A DNA stretch of 33,981 bases from IMG/VR virus record IMGVR_UViG_3300030116_004105, positions 62,001 through 95,981 of that record. One strand, given 5' to 3'. A model generated the notes under the pieces. The model saw only the letters and a list, made by a program, of their open reading frames with translations, did no database searches and was not told the origin of the DNA. Position numbers and translations under genes: made by a program. Positions 1-11,100 of this stretch are shown here, one piece after another (the stretch's first letter is position 1; every line of letters begins with the position of its first letter). Source of the DNA: an uncultured virus (IMG/VR IMGVR_UViG_3300030116_004105). Taxonomy: Duplodnaviria; Heunggongvirae; Uroviricota; Caudoviricetes.

Positions 1-855
1 ATAGAAGAACTTTGCAATCCTGCAAAGAAAATTGAATTTAATTCTGATGGTAGATTTGAATTTNNNNNNNNNNAATTTGATGGTAATTCAGCTATGTATC
101 TTAAAGGTACAAGCGATCCGATACCTGAGTTTCTAGCTAAAAAGCTTTTGGAATATATTGACAAAGGTTTGAATGTAGAAGCTCTGGTTAACTTCTGGAA
201 GAACACGCTTCTTAATCCTGATAAAGGTGTAAGACAGCAGTTGTTCAGCTTCTTAGAACACAATGGTCATCCTATTACAGATAAGGGTTACTTCTTGGCT
301 TACAAAGCCGTGGGTATTAAACGTAAGTTTGATGTAGAAACCGGTGAAGAGATAGTCAATGTAAGATATGATGAGGATACGGGAGAAAGAGTTGAGGAAA
401 AACTTTCGCAGTCCATGACATTCAAACCTTTTCATTCTGGCTCACATGGTATGACAATTAAAGTCGGCACGCCTATAACAATGCCGAGAGAAGAGTGTGA
501 CTCTGATCCTGATGTAACATGTTCAGCAGGTCTACACGTAGGTTCTATGGCGTATGTTCGCGATTTTGGACATAGTGATAGAGTAGTATTGGAGGTATTA
601 GTTAGTCCTCGTAATGTTGTAGCGGTGCCATCTGACTACAATAATACGAAGATGCGATGCTGTGAGTATTATCCTATTGCTATTACAAATGGTGAGAATG
701 AGAATATCTATCTTGAATCTGATTATGCTGCATATGATCATGCTTCTATGGAGGCTGACATTGTAAGCTATGAAGAATCTAAGAGAGATGTAATCAAGGA
801 AATCGAGCGAGAGCTCGCAGAACGGAAAGCAATAGCTGAAGAATTAGTATCATGA
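1..855 (+). CDS. rIIB: rIIB-like protein, 5'-truncated by the window
   Basis: C-terminal motifs CSAGLHVGS..Y...F and VLVSPRNVVAVPSDYNNTKMRCCEY resemble T4 rIIB; GHPITDKGYFLAYK also fits. Frame 1 is open from base 1 (IEELCNPAKKIEFNSDGRFEF) across the N gap, so ATG 94 is probably internal. Confidence 0.8.
   Translation: MEELCNPAKKIEFNSDGRFEFXXXXFDGNSAMYLKGTSDPIPEFLAKKLLEYIDKGLNVEALVNFWKNTLLNPDKGVRQQLFSFLEHNGHPITDKGYFLAYKAVGIKRKFDVETGEEIVNVRYDEDTGERVEEKLSQSMTFKPFHSGSHGMTIKVGTPITMPREECDSDPDVTCSAGLHVGSMAYVRDFGHSDRVVLEVLVSPRNVVAVPSDYNNTKMRCCEYYPIAITNGENENIYLESDYAAYDHASMEADIVSYEESKRDVIKEIERELAERKAIAEELVS
64..73. other. Assembly gap (10 N)
   Basis: Run of n. Both flanks carry AATTT, suggesting the contig ends overlap. 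Confidence 0.95.
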
Positions 856-1538
856 GCCATACTGCAGATACTATGATTAACACTCGTAATATTGCAGTAG
901 ATACTATTGGTGAATCCTGGGCCCAACATTTGGGCTCAGAATTCTCCAAAGAATATATGGCTATTCTATCTGCAACTCTTAAACGAGAAAGAATGACGCA
1001 TACAATATACCCTGAACAACAGGATGTATTTAATGCGTATTTACATACACCTTACGACAAAGTTCGTGTCGTAATACTAGGCCAGGATCCGTATCATAAT
1101 GGTGCGGCGGACGGTCTAGCATTCAGTAGCAAAAAGCCTAACTTTATACCGCAGTCTTTGCGTAATATATTTAAAGAGATAGGCTATGATGCTGTAAAAA
1201 GTCCTAGTTTATATCGATGGGCAGATCAAGGTGTGTTATTACTTAACACATGTCTTACTGTTCGTAAAGGTATGGCAGGATCACATTCAAAGATTGGTTG
1301 GCAAGAGTTTACTCTTCGTACAATACAGGCTTTGAATGATAGACAAGATCAGATTATCTTTCTGCTTTGGGGTGCTCATGCACAAAAGTATGATGAGTAC
1401 ATAGAGCCTAAGCATATAACATTAAGGTCCGCTCACCCTTCACCGTTTTCTGCGCACAGAGGGTTTCTAGGTAGCGGACAATTTAAATGGGTAAATGATT
1501 ATTTTAGTAGTACAGGCCAGGATATAATAAACTGGTAA
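852..1538 (+). CDS. ung: Family-1 uracil-DNA glycosylase
   Basis: Catalytic GQDPYH, GLAFS, QGVLLLNT, LLWG and HPSPFS motifs. ATGA overlap with the rIIB stop. Confidence 0.96.
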   Translation: MSHTADTMINTRNIAVDTIGESWAQHLGSEFSKEYMAILSATLKRERMTHTIYPEQQDVFNAYLHTPYDKVRVVILGQDPYHNGAADGLAFSSKKPNFIPQSLRNIFKEIGYDAVKSPSLYRWADQGVLLLNTCLTVRKGMAGSHSKIGWQEFTLRTIQALNDRQDQIIFLLWGAHAQKYDEYIEPKHITLRSAHPSPFSAHRGFLGSGQFKWVNDYFSSTGQDIINW

Positions 1539-1579
1539 GATCTAGCTGTGTTGTTGATTACTTGTTGTTGTTGCTAGGG

Positions 1580-1612
1580 ATAGATTGAGGGGCTTTATGC
1601 CCCTCTTTCTAT
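1580..1612. terminator. Hairpin terminator between convergent modules, possibly bidirectional
   Basis: GAGGGGC (1587-1593), TTTAT loop, GCCCCTC (1599-1605), then TTTCTATT. Stem extendable by ATAGA/TCTAT. Lies between converging stop codons. Confidence 0.8.
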
Positions 1613-2058
1613 TAATCTTGACAAGCTACAAATACTTCTATTTGTATAGTACCACTAGATGACTTTGCAGCTATACTATCTATATTAGCTAAAGTCTCAC
1701 TTGTACTAAGCGCTGTATCACCATCCTCCATTGCATCCATTTTGTTGTTTCCTAGTAAGAAATGATCTTCTGATTCTAGTTTTACAAAATATTGCGAGTC
1801 TGTCATTTTTACTTTAAGAGTTATATCTGCAGATCCATCTAGGTTTGTAATACGTAAATATTGTACAGAGTCATCTTTAAATGTACCTGCTGATGCAGCT
1901 GCACCAAATTTAACTACATCTACGTATGCTGTACCTACATCCATAATTCTGTGTGATACTTCATTTACAGTTTCAGTGTGTGTATTTGTTGTACCTCTAT
2001 CAGTACTACCGTCACCCATTGTAACGGCTTCAGTTAATGTTATTGTTAGTGTTGCCAT
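1612..2058 (-). CDS. Hypothetical phage protein, beta-rich, possibly structural
   Basis: 148-aa ORF, last in the late module. T/S/D-rich with alternating hydrophobic strands (YLRITNLD, IQIEVFVA). No catalytic motif recognised. Confidence 0.7.
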   Translation of the reverse strand: MATLTITLTEAVTMGDGSTDRGTTNTHTETVNEVSHRIMDVGTAYVDVVKFGAAASAGTFKDDSVQYLRITNLDGSADITLKVKMTDSQYFVKLESEDHFLLGNNKMDAMEDGDTALSTSETLANIDSIAAKSSSGTIQIEVFVACQD

Positions 2059-2194
2059 TGTCTATAATTATATAAATTTGTATTAATCCTAAAAATAATT
2101 GCACTTCATAATACGGTGCATACTCTTCTGGTTGGAAATGTCTTACGCCAACTATTAATCCTTTTGACCATCCTATACCGAATTCAAACTTCAT
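2030..2194 (-). CDS. Small hydrophobic 54-aa protein absent from the ORF track
   Basis: Manual translation MKFEFGIGWSKGLIVGVRHFQPEEYAPYYEVQLFLGLIQIYIIIDNGNTNNNIN*. ATG overlaps the stop of the giant gene (TAATG) and the ORF fills the otherwise empty gap. Confidence 0.7.
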   Translation of the reverse strand: MKFEFGIGWSKGLIVGVRHFQPEEYAPYYEVQLFLGLIQIYIIIDNGNTNNNIN

Positions 2195-5100
2195 TAATCT
2201 TTTTCTATTTGCGTTTCCATTAGGTAATCTATAGATCTTATTGAGTTACCAAATGGAACTACCTTCATCCATTTTTTATTAAGTGGATCTCTTCTACTTT
2301 CTTCATAGCCTTCTTTATCATCTATGTAATCATATGTAGCTGTTGCTGCATTGGAGAAATCTTTAACTGTTTTTAATACTGGTGCTGGATTTCTTAATAC
2401 TTCCATAGCTGTACTAGGACGCGCATAAAACTCACCATCCTGTTCTAATCTATAGAATGTATTTTGAAGCAGTCTATATACTTTTTCAGTTTCTTTATCA
2501 TCTTCATCTGCGCCTAGTGCTCTTAATAAATTTCCTGCTGCCATTACAGCAAGATAAAATTTAAGTCCTGCCATATTCTTACGCATATTAGCAAATGTAA
2601 GATCATCTTTTATGTCACCTCTCATAGACTCCTCAGATACTCCATACCCTAGAGTCAATGTATTTAATATACTTTTACCAAACATTTCTAATGATCCTTT
2701 TAGACCTACTTTACCAAAAGACATATATCTACCTTCTGTATATCTTCCAAGTTGCGCGTTATAAACTTTTCCACCCCATCTAGTGTTTAAACCTTCAAAG
2801 GCCCATGTTCTAAACTGTGTACCTATTCTACCCCACACTGATTTTTTAATTAGTAAAGCTGAATTAGGATCATAGTTACCATGATTTACTTTATTCATTT
2901 CAATAGTTGCATCTCTAAACTCTGTAAATTTATTTTGAGTTTCTGCATCTACCTTCATTGTCCAGTCACTTTCCAGGCTTTTAAATTCCTCTTTGATACT
3001 ACCTTCATTATCATATATATCCCACAAAGTATTACCTTTATCATCTATTTTTGTATTTAACATTTTAGCCACCATTGGAGCTATTTGATTCATATACTCT
3101 GTGCTAGTTTGTAGGAAGAATGGATTCAGTTTAGACATATATTTATATCTTGTCTTTTTAGTTTTACCGTAATACGTATCTAACTGTTCAAATAATATCC
3201 CATATTTTTCTGCTAGCTTTTCTGCTTTATTTGCTGTTCCAGGCACATACTCTTTAAACATTAAAGCATATGCTTTTGTCAATTGTTCTGTAGAATAATC
3301 TTCATTACCTGCAGCGTGTACAAAGTTAGCTATTGTACCAAATGATAAGTTGTTTACACCGGACATTAAGTTCCAACCTAAACCTTTTAGCTGTGTATAC
3401 TCTACAAGTCTTTCTAGAGGTTTTCTATAGCTTATAGGTTTTTTGTTTAGTTCTTTTAATCTTTCATCTAGTTTTGCTTTTTCTTCAGCATAAACACTAT
3501 CATCTATTTTATTTGTTTTGTAGTCTGCTTGCAGTTGTTCAAACTCTTGTTTAACTTCTGCTACTTTTTGAGATAATACAATACCTCTTTCTACAGTATC
3601 TTTAGATACTCCATATAAATTAGAATCTATTGCATACTGCACAGCCTCTTGTGTATTTTTTAAACCACCAACTTTACTATCTAATTTAAGTGCTCTGCTA
3701 ATTTTTCTCATCATAGGAGATCCTGTAGAATCTAACTGAATCTCTTTTGCTTCTCTTATCACTCTTTGTAATAATAAAATTTTATCTTCTACTTGTGATT
3801 TGTAGTCATAGCTTACAGACATAGCTGCAAACATTTTCATAACTTTTTCTATATCATAAGATTTTTCATCTGCTTTACCTCTTAGCATTCTAACCGGTAT
3901 ATTTTTTTCTATCTCTCCAGTATCAGGGTTTCTTACACCCTTAGTTGCAACCTGTGGATTAAGAGTTACATCTTGATCTAAGTTCCATAAATAGTCTGCT
4001 ATTTTACTACCTTTCATTGCGCTAAATATTGCACTAGTTCCTTCATTTTGTATTTGTTCTACAAATCCACGTTTAGCAAATGGGAAGAAGTTCTCCGGTA
4101 GTGTAGCTACTAATCCTTCAGGTAGTAAAGTTATTAGATCCTTCATAGTGCTAGTATAGAAGTCATAGAACTTTTTAAGTTGAGGATCCTTTTGTATAGC
4201 AGTGTATCTGCTATCATAATACTTTGGTTTATTTAAAGGAACATTTACTAAAGCTTTATATCCTTCATTTCTAGCAAGTTTTTTACCTCCACCATATCTA
4301 GAGTTTAAATGATACAAAGGACTATATCTTTCTTTGTATCTAAGTTGTCTACTATTTATAGTAGCTCTAAACTCTTCTATGTTACCAGCATTATTAGATT
4401 CCTCTAATTCTATCTCCATCATTCTCTGATCCTCAGCTGCCTTATACTTTTTATATTTTTGTAAAGCTTCTTTTATTAATGCATCTCTTCTTGCTGTATC
4501 TCCTATTTGTTGATCTAAATACTCCATGTATTCTTGCTTAGATTTGAACGGTGAATTAAATGAAGCTTCTTCATCAATAAACCATCTTATATCAATTGCA
4601 AACTCAATAGAGTCAAGATCTCTCATTAGTTGTACAGTTGCAATATTTTTTGCACTATCTCTAGTTGCCTTAGCCATTTTAGCACGATACTTACCAAGTA
4701 TTTTACCTCTAGCTTGATTGTATGCAGAACTGTATGGTGATATAAAGTATCCTGTTAATTTACCTTTATCATCCTTTTGGAAGAATAAGTTAGGATCTTT
4801 TTTGAACGCAGCACTATTCTGAATATCAGCCATTGCTGATTCTATTTCTAAGAACCTAGATTGTATGTCTGTATCTGCATTTCTATTTGCTGCTTTTAAA
4901 TATTTATCTAGCATTCTAACAACTGGATGACTAAATTTACTAAGGTCTAAGAATCTAGATTTTCTATAAGTCTCTCCCTCTATATTCTTAAGCTGTTCAG
5001 CTGTTACTGCTTCTGTTTCAGGTAGCTCTTGATTAATTACTTCTACAGTCATATCAATAAGCTTATCTAACAGATTTACTTTTATATTACTAGCTAAAGA

Positions 5101-8100
5101 ACTTTGGCTTTTTAATAATTCGTTAAATCTATCTCCTACCTTTCTTTCAGTTTTATCTAAATATTTACTAGTAACTTTAGTGTAGTCATACATGTCCACA
5201 ATATTCAACGCTTCTTTTATCTCTACCTCAGTAGGATTTTTAGAGTTTGCAATACCATTGGCCCATCCTAGTTGTAGTGACATAATAGAATCAAGATTTC
5301 CATATGTCTTTTTACTTTTTAATGTGCTTATCTGGTCTCTATATACATTAAGACGCTCTTGCATTTTTTTACCTGCTGCAGTTTTGATTACCTTATCTGT
5401 AAGCTTACCTTTTAATTTATCAGCACGCTCTTGATATACTGCTAAGACTTCATCTATAACTCTACCTGTTTTATTTTTATTTGCAGCCATGTAATTTAAA
5501 GAGAACAGTTGACTATCTCTATAATCTTGTAGGGCCTTATCAAACTCTTCTTGTGTATACTCACCATTTTTCATTCTTGTATAACTAGCTAGCACGTGAC
5601 GTGGCTCAGATATATATGGGTTAAGTGGGAATACACCAGCTTCTTGTTCAGCTTTCTGTGCAGTTTTTGTTGCTTGTTTTCTAGCTGGAGCTTCTACAAT
5701 GAATGACATTATACTATCTACAGATTCTGCAAGTAGACTGTCTTTATTTACAGCTACACCTAAATCTACACCAAGAACTTTTAAGAAGTCTTTTATTAAT
5801 TGTTTAAATCTCTCAAACAAATTCTTTTTACCTGGTACAGTATTTAGGAAAGATTGCACTTCTTTCTGTGTCATTGTATTTGTAACAAACTCTTGAGGAT
5901 TACTAAATGCATACTGTAGTGTTTTATATTGTACAGTGCCTTCTTCTATCTCCCCTTTCTTAACAGCTGCTTTAAATGCACTATTAGCAGCATTCGTTAA
6001 ATAACTTACCTTTCTACTAAACTCACTACTACTATCTGCTACCTCTGAACTTAAGAATCCATGTAGCATTTCATGTAGTATAGTTTCCTGTAGCTTCTCT
6101 GGGTATCGAGTTATTGTTTCTCTATTTATAACTACCGCCCCATCTCTATACAATCCGTATGCAGAATTACCATCTCTATCAACTAAGCCGTCCTCTATAA
6201 GTATTTCTTTTATAGCGCTACCTTTTGTATCTATATTCTTAGATAGCATAGTAGCTAATCTACTTAAAGATTTACTTTGTGTATCTTGCATTACTGCACT
6301 TAACAGTTCTTTTACACCTGCTCTACCAGGAGTAGCATACTTCATAGATATAGGATCTAATCCGTATACACTTATATCAGTAGGAGCTTTTGTAGTTGAT
6401 ACTTGTGGTACCCCTACATTTGTCTTCACTGCTTTAGGTATATTATTCTGCGGTAGGATACTCTCTTCTGTTATCATTCTACCGTCTTTTAAGAACTTAG
6501 TTACTCCTGAGTATTCACTAACTTTTGAATAACCTTGTCCTGCAGTTTGATAACCTTTCTTACCTATTCTTCTAAATACAACATTACCATCTTTATTTAC
6601 TCCTATCTTTTGGAACAACTCTAATCCGGTAGGTCTTTCTGCAGCTATAACTTCTATATATAGTAAGTTTCCGTCATCTCTTTGATAAACAATTCTATTA
6701 AACTTATTGCTATTATCCGGTTGCGGTAGTTCAAACTCATAGTTTATAGTTTTACCATCAAACTGTATTGTACGCATCGGGCTTACAGATATATCTTGCA
6801 ACTCTTTTCTAGATAAAGCAACTGCTCTATTAGGATTGTGCTGTAGATATTCTACCATAAGCTCTAGTATATTTATAGACTCTGGAGATGTCGGTGAATT
6901 TAGATTTTTTTGTTCTTCACGCAATGCATCATAGAAACCTATTTGATCTAGATATGCAGTATTCATAAACTTAGAGAAGTTGGTAGACGATTGTACACCG
7001 CCTGTTAGGTATGTGTACTTAACAATATCTTCAAACAATTCTCTATGTCCTACTTCTGCTGATTCATACAATGACACAAAGTCTACAGCCATCTGGTCTG
7101 CTATGTCATCTTGTTTTGAATTTACGTATGTAATACTAGCAGGTACACCTTTATTTGGTTTGTTCAGTAGTAATCTACTAATAAATAGATTTCTTCTACC
7201 AAAATCTGATTCCTGTACCTTTTCTATTCTTGCTGCTATGTTCTCATCCGGGTCAGATAGTAATCTATATCTCGCCGCTGTTGCATCTTCATTAAAGGTT
7301 TTCTCAAAGGCTCTTACAAAACTTTTATTTAGTAATGAGTTAAACAGATCCTCTCTTAATTTTTGGCTAACGTTTTCATTACCTGTAAACTGTTGCCAAA
7401 GATTAATCATTCGCTGATGTGATCTATTACTAAATGGTAATATTTCAGATAGACTTGTATATACTTTAGCGAATTGTTTGTACATTTCTTCTAGTTGTCC
7501 ATCTGCTAAATTTTCTACACCACCAATAGTTGATAATTGTTTTTCAAATACAGCCTCCATATTATCAATACGTTTCTGTGCTTCAAAGATTGTACTACCA
7601 ATACCTTTAGTTCTTGGTGATACTATACCTCTTTGTAGTTTACGTACAGGGTCAGATGAATTCTGTAGTTGTTTGAATCCTGCTAGTATAGCCATTTGAG
7701 TTTTATAGTAACTAGGGTTTGGTTTGTTTCTAGTTCTAAGCTGATCTAAAAACTCTTGAGAGCTAAATGTCATAAACTCTCCATCCGTAGTTGATCTATA
7801 TTGATCTAAGTTTGCAGTGTAATCTGCTTCAGGGTCTAGTCCTGCTTTCTGCGCAAGTATAATCATAGACGCATTGAATGCATCATTTCTAATTTGCTCT
7901 TCAGTTCTGAATCCTCCTTCTATTTGTGCAGAGTAGTAGTCAACCTGTTTTGTATATTCTTCTATAGCTTCTTGGCGTAAGAAGTATACTAGTTGCTCTC
8001 CGTGTATAGAATCTGCAGAGGCCTGATCTTTATACATTAGTGTAAATAGCGCTACATCGATTGTAGCATTATTTATACCTGCTCTACCCAGCACGGCTTC

Positions 8101-11100
8101 ATTAGCATTATCCACTGCAGCATTTTGTACACTACGTATGTTATCTGATGCAGATCTTATAGCATCTGTTAAAGCATTTGTAGTATAAGACTTACCTCTG
8201 TAAGAAGATATATTAGTTAGTTTTAAATTTTTATTTTCTACACCACCTTTAAAGAATATAAATGGTATTGGCTCTTGAGTTCTACTAGATACATTTATTG
8301 TTATGTTTTTACCTTGTAGTGCGGCGTGCATAACAGCAGCTAGAGATGCAGGCCCAATAAGTTGCTTACCTGTTCTTTGGCTGATTGTGTTATCTATATT
8401 TGTAGTTACAAAAGATGGGTCATTTATTTCTGACTCTTTACCTAGTATACCATCTACTACATCTGCAGCTTGTTTAAGATCGTTGTTATCTAATTTACTT
8501 GTTGCTTTTCTTGTAGTTTCGTCAAATATTATCTTTTTAAATAACTCATAGTACTCATCCTGCAGCTTTTGTAGTTCAGATAAATCAGACTTTATTTTGA
8601 CTGTACCATCTTTATTTACCTCAAACTGCTTGAAGTATGTGTATGCTGTATCCCAGTCAAAGTCACTACCCATCTGGTCTATAACTTGATCAGGCACAAT
8701 TACACTAGATGTAGAAGTTTTAGGTAAAAATCCTACAATCTCTACAGGAACTACTGATGGTTTACCTTGTCCAGGTATACGATAGAGTATTCTTTCTCTA
8801 AGCTCTTGTGGCAGTATATCTGTACGTAGGTATCTTATTCCATTTGTTATTGTTGTATATTTTTTAGAACTAAGATCAACACTTTTACCGTTTGAATCTG
8901 TGAATACCGGGCTAATAAATATTTGTGCAGGTAATACTTTACCATCTTTACCTTTTCTTACTCCCTGTAAACCTACAGACTCATCAAATGCATTTTCTGT
9001 TTCTATAAGTGTAATTCCATTTTTAATTTTATCAAGCTCTCCACTAGATACAAACTGATCCCATCCAAATCCACCTCTAGCTTCAAAGCCTGCAGACGAC
9101 GCTTGTACAAGTGACTCTCCAGGTATTTTAATTTTTATTATTGCTTTATTAACTAGAGATAGTACTAAAGAATCTATATTTTTTCTAGCATGGTTAAATA
9201 TAAGTGGTGATTTAAATACACGTTCTACTGCACCTGATACATCTTTTAGTGCTAACTCTGATATATCTTTATCAGTCCACTTACGTGCTATTGCTTCTTC
9301 TTTAAGCATCTTAGCTAGTGTGGTAGGATTAGGTACGTATGCGCTACCATCAGGACTTACTTTTATACCTAACTTATCAAACAATCCTTTTGCACCAAGT
9401 TGCATAAACTTTTTATGTAACTCTTCTTTTTGGTCTCGTAGATCACTGTATGATTCTCCAGTTGTAGATAAAGTTTTACCTAGCATATCATCAAATGCTA
9501 AAACATCTAATTGAGAAGAATATGCATTCTCACCAGTATCAGTTCCTTTTTCTTGCTGTATACCTAAACCAGATCTACTAATGGACCGTCTTCCTCTTTC
9601 CATCTCTGCTGTTACTTCAGGTAAAGATCTTACTTTACCGTTTGCATCATAGATATTAATTGGATTTACTGCTCCTGTTTTATCAGAGGTCATATGTCCT
9701 AACCTATCTATACCAGTATTCTCCATTGCTACACGGATGTTATCTAATCCGTATCCTGTAGTTTCTTCAGGCCATAGGTATCTAATATGTGACTTTCTAA
9801 ATAGTTTATTGTTACTATCTTGATCTACTCTTATATCGTTTTGTACAAATACAGGCTTATCTGCCATCATTATTTTTTTGTACTTGTTTATCTCTTCTTT
9901 AGTTAGTGCTTCATTAAGTTTAAAAAAGTTTCTTACATTGTCTGGGTCATTCTTAGCTGCATTGTAAGCAGATAATATTTTATCACTTATGTCTTTTGGT
10001 AGTTTACCTGCAGATAGTTTAGATTCTACCATCTCAGCTATTGTACCATACTCTTGAGCATCTGTTCTTTCAATACCATCTTTAACTGCGTCGTTTGCTG
10101 TAGCTATTGTTACACTTGGCATTGTGTATTGTGGCGTAGATGCAGGAGATATTAGATCTGCTTTACGTTTTTCATAGTTGTTAAGCGTTTCTTTTATATC
10201 ATCTTTTAATGTAGCCCCAGGTTTCTTACTTCTTTTAAAAGCATGCGCGGGATCATTACCAAATAATTTTACTACTTCATTATTAGATACTATATAGTTT
10301 AGGTTATAGTCAGCAATAGCTCCTGCTAATTTATCTGCTTTCGTTTTATAGAATGCAGATTGTTTTCCAAACTTCTTATTTATGTATCGTTTATCCAGGA
10401 ATTTTTCTTCTATACCAAGCTCTTGTAATCTATCTATATGTGAGTTGATTTGGTTTATCACATTCTGTTTTACCGTAGCACGTATAAACTCTATAGGGTC
10501 TTGTGCATCAAACACGTTCTCCTGATTAGGGTCATATGCATTTAGATAATTGAACATGTAGAAGTATTTTGCACCCTCTTCATAAGGCCCTCTATTAACT
10601 CCTTCTATCTCTTTATAATTTTCAATTCTATTATACTCATCTATAGCGTAGTTATATATCTGTTCTAGGGCAGGATCTAGTATATCAGTTACCTTTCCAT
10701 TCTCAGTTCTTATATTTTCTACTGTGTTTGTTAACCTAGGAGCTTTTATTATTGGTGCTATATCTTTATCCGCCGTAGTTATAGGGAAGAAGTATGCATC
10801 TTTATTTCCTTGATTAGCAAAAGCATTGAACAAAGTTATCTCTTGTAAAAATTTACCTTGTTCTTTTCTATTTGTAGCGTTTGCATTAAATATAGTTGAG
10901 TCAAACATAAGAAGCTCCAAGTACTTATCATCGTTTTGTAGGCCTTGTCCCCATACAGAGTTTTTATTGTAGCTTAGCGATAATAGATCATTTAGAAGAT
11001 TCTTATCTTGTATATAATCAGCTAAAGTTCTACTCATACCAAAATGATTCTGGAATGGGTATATAAGATTACCTTTTGCATCTCTAAAACTATCTCCGTA

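Noticed and set aside
55..93. Frameshift or pseudogene at the rIIB 5' end
   Set aside because: The N run is a scaffolding gap with duplicated AATTT flanks; the frame is preserved.
2073..2120. + strand TAAATTTG promoter-like box and TGCAC/GTGCA hairpin
   Set aside because: Both lie within the 54-aa ORF, are weak and are expected by chance in AT-rich DNA.
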